From: Nitrosopumilus sp. | Lineage (GTDB): Archaea > Thermoproteota > Nitrososphaeria > Nitrososphaerales > Nitrosopumilaceae | Assembly (NCBI GenBank): GCA_965205215.1 | Contig: OZ242041.1 | Coordinates: 288,001 to 352,000 of the forward strand | Direction of reading: 5' to 3' | Length of the DNA: 64,000 bases | Shown here: positions 9,523 to 18,382 of the stretch, piece by piece | Numbering within the stretch: position 1 is the stretch's first letter | Layout: each line of letters opens with the position of its first letter | Notes under the pieces: model-generated | Seen by the model: the letters and a program-made list of their open reading frames with translations, nothing else | Told to the model about the DNA's origin: nothing | The model's database searches: none | Made by a program: the position numbers and the translations under genes

Positions 9523-11534
9523 GCGTGCAGGGGACGCCGAGCCTCGGGGACCTGGGCGTCATGGTGGGGCTGGAGATACACCAGCAGCTCGCGACCGGCA
9601 AAAAGCTGTTCTGCGGCTGCCCGCCGGCCGAGCCCGACGCGTACCCCATAACGTTCAGCCGCAGGCTTAGATCATCAAGCGGCGAGGTCGGGGGGCACGA
9701 CCCGGCGGCGCTCTTCGAGGGGGCAAGGGCCAAGACCATCACATACTATGCAAACTACAACAGCAGCTGCCTGGTCGAGCAGGACGAGGAGCCGCCGCAC
9801 TGTCTGGATCCCGACGCCAAGAGGACGGCGCTGACAATCGCGTCCGCGCTCAAGTCCAGGACGTACACCGAGCTCCACACCATGAGGAAGACCGTGGTGG
9901 ACGGCTCAAACACGACAGGCTTCCAGCGGACCATGCTGGTGTCGGAGGGGGGGTCGTTTGACGTGCCGTTGCCGTCGTCGTCGCCGTCGCAGGGACTGGA
10001 AGGCGGGGCGCCGGGCACCACAAGGATCGGAGTCCAGTCCATATGCCTAGAGGAGGACGCCGCAAGGATACTCGAGGCAGGAGCCCATGCGGACGTGGAT
10101 GCCAAGGGGTACGGCCTCGAGAGGCTCGGGGTGCCGCTAGTCGAGATTGCAACGGAGCCGTTTGACGTGTCTGACCCGGACGCGGTGAGGGCCGCGGCCC
10201 TGTCGCTTGGGAGGATGCTGCGGGGCACCAGGATGGTGACGCGCGGCCTGGGCTCCATCAGGCAGGACGTCAACGTGAGCATAAGGGACGGCGGGGGCAG
10301 CGTGGTGGAGGTCAAGGGGGTGCAGCAGCTCGACCAGCTTGCAGACGTGGTGTCGTACGAGGCGTACAGGCAGCACGGGCTGACTGCCATATCAGCAAGG
10401 CTGCGGGAGTGCCGGTGGGAGCACGACGCGTCGCGGGACAGGGCGGACGTAACCGGCGTATTCAGACAGTCCGCGTCATCGAAGATAATCCAGAGGGCCG
10501 TAAAGCAGAACCATATAATCATGGCAGTCGCGTTCAGGAACGCGGCCGGAATATTCGGATACTCCCCGCACGAGGACGTCAGGCTCGGCAAGGAGATAGC
10601 AGAGCTCGTCAGGCGGTTCGGCGTGGGCGGCATATTCCACTCCGACGAGCTTCCGGCGTACGGAGTAACGGAGCAGGACGTGGCCGAGGTGGCCGGACTG
10701 CTGCAGGCAAGCCTCGACACGGACGCGTTCATCATGCTGGCGGCCCCGGCCGGCAGGACGGGCCCCATCATAGACCAGATAGTCTCAAGGGTGCGGCGCA
10801 TAGCAACGGACGGCGTCCCGGCCGACACCAGGCTTGCCACGGCCGACGGCAGGACCGCGTTTCTGAGGCCCCGGCCCGGCTCTGCGCGCATGTACCCGGA
10901 GACTGACGTCCCCACGATTACCATAACGCAGGAGGAGCTGGACCGCGCCGCGGCCGACGTGTCAAAACCGTGGAGCGAGGCGGTGTCAGACCTGCAGGAC
11001 GCGTACGGCATCAACAGGCAGCTTGCAGAGCAGCTCTGGGACTCGCCATATCTGGAGCTGTTCGAGGAGATTGCGTCCGGGCGAGGCGCCCGGGCGGCAG
11101 CGGAGACGGTGGAACCTACGTTCGTGGCATCCGCGCTCTGCTCGTCGATAACGAGGCTGGGCAGGCAGGAGGGCATGGATGCCGGACGGCTTGACGATCA
11201 GATGATACGCGAGACGTTTGAGATGCTCGGAGAGAACAAGATTGCCAAGGAATCAGTCGAGATGATATTCCAGGCCATAATGTCGGCCAGGGCCGGAACC
11301 GTCTCAGACGCCATAAAGTCGGCGTCCATACAGAGCGTCGGCGCAGACGAGCTCGAGGAGATAGTAAGCGGGATAATACAAGACAACATGGAGATGATCT
11401 CAAACCAGGGCGAGCGGGCGGCGGGGCCCCTCATGGGAATCGCCATGAAGCGGCTCAGGGGCAGGGCCCCCGGGCAGAGGGTCAACGAACTGATCGTAAG
11501 CGGCATTGCAGACGCACTGCGGGAAGCAAAGTAG
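9519..11534 (+). CDS. gatE: Glu-tRNA(Gln) amidotransferase subunit E
   Basis: GLEIHQQL, MRKTVVDGSNTTGFQRT, RGLGSIRQDVNVSI and RPRPGSARMYPETD motifs. Confidence 0.96.
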   Translation: MSVQGTPSLGDLGVMVGLEIHQQLATGKKLFCGCPPAEPDAYPITFSRRLRSSSGEVGGHDPAALFEGARAKTITYYANYNSSCLVEQDEEPPHCLDPDAKRTALTIASALKSRTYTELHTMRKTVVDGSNTTGFQRTMLVSEGGSFDVPLPSSSPSQGLEGGAPGTTRIGVQSICLEEDAARILEAGAHADVDAKGYGLERLGVPLVEIATEPFDVSDPDAVRAAALSLGRMLRGTRMVTRGLGSIRQDVNVSIRDGGGSVVEVKGVQQLDQLADVVSYEAYRQHGLTAISARLRECRWEHDASRDRADVTGVFRQSASSKIIQRAVKQNHIIMAVAFRNAAGIFGYSPHEDVRLGKEIAELVRRFGVGGIFHSDELPAYGVTEQDVAEVAGLLQASLDTDAFIMLAAPAGRTGPIIDQIVSRVRRIATDGVPADTRLATADGRTAFLRPRPGSARMYPETDVPTITITQEELDRAAADVSKPWSEAVSDLQDAYGINRQLAEQLWDSPYLELFEEIASGRGARAAAETVEPTFVASALCSSITRLGRQEGMDAGRLDDQMIRETFEMLGENKIAKESVEMIFQAIMSARAGTVSDAIKSASIQSVGADELEEIVSGIIQDNMEMISNQGERAAGPLMGIAMKRLRGRAPGQRVNELIVSGIADALREAK

Positions 11535-11630
11535 CCCATAGCGGGGACGACAGCGGCGCGGTAACCGTTCAATCCTTCTCACCTCCCCCCCCCCCCCATG
11601 ACACGGGGCAGGAATTCGGGCAGTCCGGGC

Positions 11631-13454
11631 CTAATAGTAGTGATGCATCTGGCGCTGCTCCAGGCCCTCCTGCTCCCAGTGGTTGTGGTTCCTGCCGGGA
11701 TCCTTGTGGGCGTGCACGGTGCCGTCTATATGGCAGTGCGTGTTGTCGATCAAATCCTTGACAAAGACGTCATCCACGTTCAGGACGGCGCATGCGGCCT
11801 CTACGGAGCTCTTGAGAACCTGGGCCTTTACGGCATACGGCTCTATGACGCTGTAGGGCAGGAGGGAGACGTCGCATATGCTCCGGGAAGCATGGTCGAT
11901 CCCGTACCAGCCCGAGGGCGGGTCGGAGACGGCGGCGGCGCCGTTGTCCCCGTCACCGGTCCCGCCGGCATTGTCACCGGCGCGGGTCGTCGCAGCACGC
12001 GATCCCCGGCGGTCTCCGTGCACCCTTGAGCGCAGGAGCGGCAGCGCGTCCAGCGTCTCAATCCCGGCGTTCTCGGCAAGGGTCATTGGAACCGACTCGA
12101 GCGCGTCTGCAAACCTTGCGGCCGCGACCTGCGCCTTCCCGGCCATCACACCCGACTCGTCCCTGACCCGCCGCGCGAGAATGGCCTCGCACGAGCCCGC
12201 CCCATACACCAGGTACGGGCATTCGACGAAACCCCTCAGCATGTGCAGCACGTTGAGCGCGGTGCGGTGAAACTCGTCTAGGTACCTCTTTGAGTTGGCC
12301 CGCAAGAGGAGCGTCACGGACTTTGCGTCGTCACGCCCGGACTCGACGAAGAGCATCCTGTCCCCGCCCACGCTCCTCTCGCATACCAGGTCCGCATGCC
12401 CCATCTTCGCTCCTGACATGTCGCGTATGTCCGTGCATGTGACGGCGCCCGTCGCCTTTTCAAGCCACCATATGTCGTTGTGCTTGACCCGCCTCACAGA
12501 GATTATGCCGCTCCTTGCAAGCAGCTCCTGGGCCTCGTCGTCAATCCCCTTGCGGGATATGACCACGTTGGCACCGCTGCCGATCACCCCGCTCACCGCG
12601 CCGCGCACGTCGTCGGACTCCTGCCGCAGGAACTCCTTCATCTGTCCGGGAGAGTCCATCGCAATCTCCGACTCTGTCTTGGTGCGGCTGCGCTCAAGCG
12701 GCTCGCTCACAAGCAGTATCCGGGCGTCGCGCACGGCGCGGGGCATGGCGGCGCTGTCCACGGGCTTGTCGATTACGGTCCCCATTACCAGTTCGGTCTG
12801 CGCCGCGCTGCCGGGCTTTTCCTCTATCTTGACATCATCAGTATGGGCGCGCCCGGAGGACACGTCAGACGTGCAGTATGCGGCGCGTACCAGCATGTCG
12901 ACGATGCCGCCGTTTCCGGCGCCATTGCCCCGGCCATCCCGGACGCGGCTCCCCTCGCAGAGCTCCCCGAGCGCTGTGCCCCTGATGCAGCAGCGCGCCA
13001 GATCACGCATGGTGCGGTGGTCCGAGGCCCTGCCCTCGAACTTTATGCGCCCCAGTTCCGCCAGCGCGGCCTCCAGTCCCGCCTCGTATCCTGCAATGAT
13101 ACTGGCAGTCGGGATGCGCAGGGCGCGCATCTCCCTGGCATTCCTGAGCAGGGCCCCGATCAGCACCGCAGCGGTCGTGGTTCCGTCGCCCACGTGGTTG
13201 TCCACTGTGTTTACCGCGTCGATGACGGCCTTGGCGGCCGGGTGGTCCACGTCAATCTTGCGCAGAAACGCGCCCCCGTGCACGGTCAGGGTATCCTCGC
13301 CGAGGATGTCAACGTACACCTTCATCATGCCGCGCGGCCCGAGCGCCGTTCTAACCGTCCGTGTTACGAGCTCGCCGGCAATCAGATTGTACATCTGCGA
13401 CTCCTGCACGCCGATGCGCGACAGGTCGGGGTTGAATATGTCGGGGTACTTCAT
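11631..13454 (-). CDS. Divergent group II chaperonin (thermosome/TCP-1-like) with His/Cys-rich C-terminal tail
   Basis: LGPRGMMK, HPAAK, VGDGTTT, LAENAG and VIEP..VK motifs. The tail is NTHCHIDGTVHAHKDPGRNHNHWEQEGLEQRQMHHYY. Confidence 0.88.
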   Translation of the reverse strand: MKYPDIFNPDLSRIGVQESQMYNLIAGELVTRTVRTALGPRGMMKVYVDILGEDTLTVHGGAFLRKIDVDHPAAKAVIDAVNTVDNHVGDGTTTAAVLIGALLRNAREMRALRIPTASIIAGYEAGLEAALAELGRIKFEGRASDHRTMRDLARCCIRGTALGELCEGSRVRDGRGNGAGNGGIVDMLVRAAYCTSDVSSGRAHTDDVKIEEKPGSAAQTELVMGTVIDKPVDSAAMPRAVRDARILLVSEPLERSRTKTESEIAMDSPGQMKEFLRQESDDVRGAVSGVIGSGANVVISRKGIDDEAQELLARSGIISVRRVKHNDIWWLEKATGAVTCTDIRDMSGAKMGHADLVCERSVGGDRMLFVESGRDDAKSVTLLLRANSKRYLDEFHRTALNVLHMLRGFVECPYLVYGAGSCEAILARRVRDESGVMAGKAQVAAARFADALESVPMTLAENAGIETLDALPLLRSRVHGDRRGSRAATTRAGDNAGGTGDGDNGAAAVSDPPSGWYGIDHASRSICDVSLLPYSVIEPYAVKAQVLKSSVEAACAVLNVDDVFVKDLIDNTHCHIDGTVHAHKDPGRNHNHWEQEGLEQRQMHHYY

Positions 13455-13493
13455 TAGCGGTATTACGATAATGATGCGGACAGGTTAAAAACT

Positions 13494-15137
13494 TCAGGCT
13501 CCCTTGCTTGGCACGCCGCCGGGCACGTTGCCGACCCCCTTTGCGCCGCCGTCCTTGCCTCCGGCGCCCTCCCCGCCGTCGCCGCCCGAGTCCTGCGGCA
13601 CTCCCTCAAGCCCCGAGCTCATGAAGTCTTCCCTAAAGTGCCTTAGGTCCTCGCCTGCAATCACGTCCTCCTCGGGCGGTACATAGTCGCGCACGTCGTG
13701 CCTGGCCTTTCCCGGATACCGGTTCTGGGTCGCAAGGGCCACGGCGATGAACACCGCGAACGAGACGACCGGCGGGATCATGGTGTCCAGTCCCGCCCAC
13801 TCCTCGGGCATGGTAAAGAAGAACGACAGCCGCAGGAACGACGCTATCAGGAGGGACGCGACGGCAGCAGGCATGTTTGCCTTCTTCCAGAACAGCCCCA
13901 GGGTAAGCGGGGCAAAGGCCCCCGCGAACATGATGTCAAAGGCCAGCACCAGATAGACCCCGGGGTTGGGCACCAGGTATCCCAGCGTGGTTCCCGCCAC
14001 AATCATGGGGAATAGCGTGACCCTCGTCATCCACAGCAGGCTCTTGTCGCTTGTGCCGGGCTTTCCAAGCCACCTCCTGCGTATTATCCTGTTTACGAGG
14101 TTGCGCGACACGACGCTTGATATGGCCAGCAACCCACCGCTGGCAGTGGACATGGATGCGCCGATCACCCCCATGAGGATGGCCGCGCCCACCGCAAAGG
14201 GCATGTGCAAGGTGCTGAGCAGCGGGAGCGCGAACCCGGGATCCGTGTCACCCGGCAGGTAGTAGAGCGCCACGATCCCAAGCATGCTGGTGGGCACGAC
14301 GGTAAACAGGGTGAGGGCCCCGCCCATGTATGCGCCCCGTCGTGCAGTCCTCGGATCCTTTGAGGCAAACACGCGCTCCATAAAGTCCAGGGCGATGATG
14401 TCGCCCAGCCCCAGCGCCAGTATGGCGCCCCAGTTTATCAGGGCCCCGTTGCCGATGTCAAACAGCCCCGACAGGTCCAGGAACTCGGGCGGCGCGTTCG
14501 CGTATATGACAGCCCACGGGGCGTCTGCAAACCCCCCCGCAAAGTACAGGAATCCGACCCAGAACGCGGCGATTGCAAGATATACTTGGAACAGGTTGGT
14601 GTACGCGGACGCAAACAGGCCGCCTGCGCAGGTATACGCAACCACCACCAGGGCCGAGAATAGAATCCCCCAGAAAAAGTCAATCCCGAACACGATCTCC
14701 AGTATGAACCCGCTTGCGGCCAGGTTCCCCGCGACCAGGACGGTAAAGCTGATTATCATGAGTACGCCGGATATGCCCTCTGCCGCGTTGCCGTACCTCC
14801 TGTAGTAAAAGTCCGGCAGGGTTATCATCGACATCTTGTTGAGGGGCTTTGCGTAGAACGTGGCCGTGATCAGCAGGCACACGCCCAGCCCTATGGGCAC
14901 GACGGCCCCGGCCCAGAATCCAAACTCGAAGACCAGCGCCACGTTGCCAAGCGACGAGTTGCCGTCCACTGCCTGCGCGGCGAGCATCGTCCCGACCATG
15001 GCAAGCGGCAGGCTCTTGCCCGCGACAATCAGCCGCTTGCCGCTCTGCTTTATGAGCCGGCCCGACAGGACGCCGACTACCAGTGTAAGCAGGATAAACA
15101 GTATGATCGCGGCCCCAAAGCCGTCTATCTCCGCCAA
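13494..15137 (-). CDS. Sodium:solute symporter family transporter (not DUR3-type; substrate unknown)
   Basis: About 13 hydrophobic segments. SSS-like motifs ITLPDFYYRRYG, YTCAGGLFASAYTN, ERVFASKD and ASMSTASG. Confidence 0.88.
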   Translation of the reverse strand: MAEIDGFGAAIILFILLTLVVGVLSGRLIKQSGKRLIVAGKSLPLAMVGTMLAAQAVDGNSSLGNVALVFEFGFWAGAVVPIGLGVCLLITATFYAKPLNKMSMITLPDFYYRRYGNAAEGISGVLMIISFTVLVAGNLAASGFILEIVFGIDFFWGILFSALVVVAYTCAGGLFASAYTNLFQVYLAIAAFWVGFLYFAGGFADAPWAVIYANAPPEFLDLSGLFDIGNGALINWGAILALGLGDIIALDFMERVFASKDPRTARRGAYMGGALTLFTVVPTSMLGIVALYYLPGDTDPGFALPLLSTLHMPFAVGAAILMGVIGASMSTASGGLLAISSVVSRNLVNRIIRRRWLGKPGTSDKSLLWMTRVTLFPMIVAGTTLGYLVPNPGVYLVLAFDIMFAGAFAPLTLGLFWKKANMPAAVASLLIASFLRLSFFFTMPEEWAGLDTMIPPVVSFAVFIAVALATQNRYPGKARHDVRDYVPPEEDVIAGEDLRHFREDFMSSGLEGVPQDSGGDGGEGAGGKDGGAKGVGNVPGGVPSKGA

Positions 15138-15195
15138 CGCACCTGTTACGGATGCAGACCTATTAAATATTGAAAATTTGATGTAAAGTACGTAT

Positions 15196-15217
15196 TACGC
15201 ATAAAATATTATGTGTA
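15196..15217. promoter_or_regulatory. Imperfect 22-bp palindrome upstream of the SSS transporter promoter (candidate regulator site)
   Basis: TACGCATAA-AATA-TTATGTGTA, with one mismatch in the 9-bp arms. Its 13-mer TACACATAATATT recurs exactly at 16841-16853. Confidence 0.45.
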
Positions 15218-15539
15218 TAATACAAATTTATGCATAAAACGTAGTAAATACTAAAAAAAGATAGATTATATAAAGATACAACAAGTGGCGGGGCGCCCCT
15301 GCAGAAAGGAGTACTGCAAGGCGGCCCGCAGAGGCGGCGGCGGGGCTGTGGCTCACGGCATGCCCTTTCTTCCTCCTCCTCCTACTCCCTCCCTTTCCTC
15401 CCCCCCCCCTCCCCGCTAGTACAATACCCGGCGCGTCATCAGGATTCCGCGCCAGAGGCTCAATACTATGAAATGCCCAAGTGCCGGCCAAAACCGGCCA
15501 GAACATCGGCATGCGCCACGAACTGCTTTTAATCTACCA

Positions 15540-15761
15540 ATGCACATCCCGTCTGTGGACAAGCAGTTTGCGGCGGCAGTCATACTGATAATATTCGGTT
15601 TTGCCCTGACCCAGATGGGCGGCGGGGAGCAGGCGCAGGGCGGCGCAGACCAGAGCATGCCGTTTCTGGCGGGGCTTGGGGTCGGGACCATCGCAATTGC
15701 GTCGTTCTGGATAGTGATGCGGATCATATCAGACATCAAGAAGAACCGCACGAGACAGTGA
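15540..15761 (+). CDS. Small two-TM membrane protein
   Basis: Two hydrophobic helices and a basic C-terminus. TATA-like TTTTAAT at 15527. The start may be GTG at 15555. Confidence 0.65.
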   Translation: MHIPSVDKQFAAAVILIIFGFALTQMGGGEQAQGGADQSMPFLAGLGVGTIAIASFWIVMRIISDIKKNRTRQ

Positions 15762-15998
15762 CTACAGGCGCGGCGACTGCAAGCGTTCGTCGCGCTTGGC
15801 CGCACGCGTCCGCGGTGGCGCGCACTGCAGACGGCGCGCGACGACGCAAGGTTTTGACGGCATGCGCCCGGATCGGTTGGGGCCTTATGCCCACAACTAC
15901 CAGATGCAGGACGCGCCCAAGCGTAAATTAAGCCGGCCGGAACGTTCACTTTTAATATATTCATAAAATAATATAAACGCCAGTACGGTACGCACTGC

Positions 15999-16523
15999 AT
16001 GCCCGGCAGTGGATATTCTACAATCGGCCTCAAGCCGGGCATACTGGCGCTCCTCACAAGCGTCACGGACACGTTTTATCCGGGAATGTTCCTGCCAAGC
16101 ACTCTGATAATTCTGATGAACGAGGTGAGGCTGGGACGGTATACGGTAAGGATGCACGGCCACAGGCTCGACCTCTCAGGCAAGTACAACACGCTGACCA
16201 TACGCAACGACATAAAGGAGTGGATTGACAGCCACCACAAGGAACACATGGAGGAGTACGCGTCAAAATACCGCATAAAGTGCTACTCGCACTTTGTCAG
16301 CTACTTTCTTGCAAACCTGTTCGAGTCAAAGTTCGAGTCGCAGAACGGGATCATACGGCTGCAGGAATCGGACTTTGAGTGGCTTCACTCAGAGTACGAG
16401 TCGCACCGTGCCGCGGCAGCAGGATCCGGGAACGGCAATATGACCTTTGACAGGTTTGCCGACGTGTACGTAAACAACATCCTGCAAAGGATGAGAACCG
16501 CAAAGGAGATCCTCTCTGCCTGA
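15999..16523 (+). CDS. Hypothetical protein with two similar helical modules (possible ribbon-helix-helix-like regulator)
   Basis: Codon usage typical of the genome and an AT-rich TATA region upstream. YSTIGLK and YNTLTIR repeat-like beta-then-helix pattern. Function is inferred only. Confidence 0.65.
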   Translation: MPGSGYSTIGLKPGILALLTSVTDTFYPGMFLPSTLIILMNEVRLGRYTVRMHGHRLDLSGKYNTLTIRNDIKEWIDSHHKEHMEEYASKYRIKCYSHFVSYFLANLFESKFESQNGIIRLQESDFEWLHSEYESHRAAAAGSGNGNMTFDRFADVYVNNILQRMRTAKEILSA

Positions 16524-16527
16524 GCCG

Positions 16528-16782
16528 TCACAGCGGCGTCATGGTGTCGATCAGCCTAGCGTTTGTAACCTGGCAGTCCCTCTCCTGTATCTCGAGGTCC
16601 ACGGTATACTTTAGCCCGTCACGCATAAAGTTCACCTGCACGTCCCACGCCACGCGCGGCCCCTTTTCGGGTATCTGAAACGTCTCGTTGACCCTAAAGT
16701 CGGATATCACGTCGCCGTACAGGGACGTGATGACGCGCTTGGACTCGCGCTCTATGTCCGCCGGCGTGCTTACCGCAACCAT
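16528..16782 (-). CDS. Small hypothetical protein (PepSY-like alpha/beta pattern)
   Basis: 84 aa with normal codon usage. TATA-like TTATAA at 16805-16810. Confidence 0.7.
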   Translation of the reverse strand: MVAVSTPADIERESKRVITSLYGDVISDFRVNETFQIPEKGPRVAWDVQVNFMRDGLKYTVDLEIQERDCQVTNARLIDTMTPL

Positions 16783-16932
16783 GCATGTAGTATGGCGTGG
16801 TATGTTATAAGATTTTTGTCACTGTCGTGTTGTTGCAAATTACACATAATATTCTCGGGCGGGCTGCCTGCGTACAGTACGAATTGCCCGCCGGGCGGGC
16901 CGTGAATTGCGCGTGCGCGCATTCCGCATTAA

Positions 16933-18207
16933 TTATGGCGGCAGTCGCCGGTCATCTTGGCCCTCCCTCTTCCTCCCTTTTGCGGCCCTTTTTTGCGCCT
17001 TTGTGATTTTTTCCACAACCTTGTCCCGGTAGTACTCGGCGGTGCGGTTGCCGGGATCAAGCGAGAGCGCCTTTTCGTACGACAGGAGGGCCTCGGCGTA
17101 CCGCTCCAGCAGGTACAGCAGCTTTCCGCGATAACTGTGCGCGTACACGTACCCCGGATCCGCGCCGATGGCCAGATCGCAGTATTCAAGGGCCTCCGCG
17201 TATCGTTTGCGGTGCTCCAAGATCCAGACCATGCTGCACAGGGCCTTGGGATTGGATGGGTCGGCGCGTATCGCAGCGTCGCAAAAGAACGCGGCCGCGG
17301 CATGCTGCTTTAGCGAGTGTAGCGCGATCCCCTTGCTGTAAAGGGCCCTGACGTTCCTCGGATCGTACTCGAGAATCCTGTCAAGGCACTCGACTGCCTT
17401 GCGGTACAGGCCGGTCCGGTCATACAGGAAGCTCAGGTTGAGGTGGGCCTCGGTGCAGTGCGGGTCGATCCGTATGGCCTTCTCATAGAGCGGGACCACG
17501 TCCTTTGAGGGAAGCCCTGCATAGTCAAGCGTCCAGCCCTTTGCCACGAGCGCGTCCGTGTTCTCCGGGTTCAGGCGCAGCGCCCTTGTGTACATCTCCA
17601 CCGCCTTCTCGTGCCTTTTCTGCCGTGACAGTGCCTGGCCCTGCTCGTACAGGGCAGCAGACTGCATGGCCTCGGCCTTCCTTGCATCGTCCAGGGCCGA
17701 TATGGACTCGGCGTCCCTGTGCATCCGGCTCAGGACGCGGCTCCTGCAGTAGTGCGCCTGCACGTGGTTGCCGCCGCTTCTCGATATCGCTCCGTCAAGC
17801 ATCGCAATCGCCTCGTCGTGATCCCCGAGTCCGCTCCTGCAGAGGGCCGAGTATGCCACTGCGTCGTCATACGTGGCGTCTATTGCAAGGATCCTCTCAA
17901 AGTGTGCAAGGGCCTCCGCGTACTTGTGCTGCTTTTCGAGCGTGAGTCCCAGGCCCTGCAGGGCGTCTATGTTGGAGGGATCGGACTTGACTATCTCTGC
18001 ATAGCAGCGCTCGGAGTCGTCGTACCTTCCCGTCTGGTAGTGTATGCCAGCAATGTGCATCAGGGCGGTCCCGTTGTGCGGGTTTATGCTCAAGGCCTTT
18101 GCGAACCGGGAAGCCGCCTTTGAGAGCTGCCCGTACCGCTCGCACCGGAGTCCCTCGTTTATGTGGCGCCACTCGTTTACGCCGCGTCCCTTTCCTGCAA
18201 ATACCAC
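16933..18207 (-). CDS. Tetratricopeptide repeat protein
   Basis: About 11 TPR units (A..Y..AL...P.N..A pattern). Confidence 0.92.
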   Translation of the reverse strand: MVFAGKGRGVNEWRHINEGLRCERYGQLSKAASRFAKALSINPHNGTALMHIAGIHYQTGRYDDSERCYAEIVKSDPSNIDALQGLGLTLEKQHKYAEALAHFERILAIDATYDDAVAYSALCRSGLGDHDEAIAMLDGAISRSGGNHVQAHYCRSRVLSRMHRDAESISALDDARKAEAMQSAALYEQGQALSRQKRHEKAVEMYTRALRLNPENTDALVAKGWTLDYAGLPSKDVVPLYEKAIRIDPHCTEAHLNLSFLYDRTGLYRKAVECLDRILEYDPRNVRALYSKGIALHSLKQHAAAAFFCDAAIRADPSNPKALCSMVWILEHRKRYAEALEYCDLAIGADPGYVYAHSYRGKLLYLLERYAEALLSYEKALSLDPGNRTAEYYRDKVVEKITKAQKRAAKGRKREGQDDRRLPP

Positions 18208-18382
18208 GCGCGAACTGGTAGGCGCACGCGCTTATAACTTTGGATGTTGCCGCGCGGGCAGGGCGTGCGCGGACGGCCGTCTTCCATTATACGATCCGGC
18301 GCGCTTTGTCGGCGCCGCGGCGCGCATGCGTACTTTACTTGGAATCTTTATTTATCCACAATGCGTCACATAATTGATTATC

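Noticed and set aside
18270-18279. CGG-ACGG-CCG mini-hairpin resembling one half of a guanidine-II riboswitch upstream of the ureohydrolase
   Set aside because: Only one short hairpin with no properly stemmed partner ACGR hairpin. It also lies upstream of the likely TATA box (~18348), so it would not be in the transcript.
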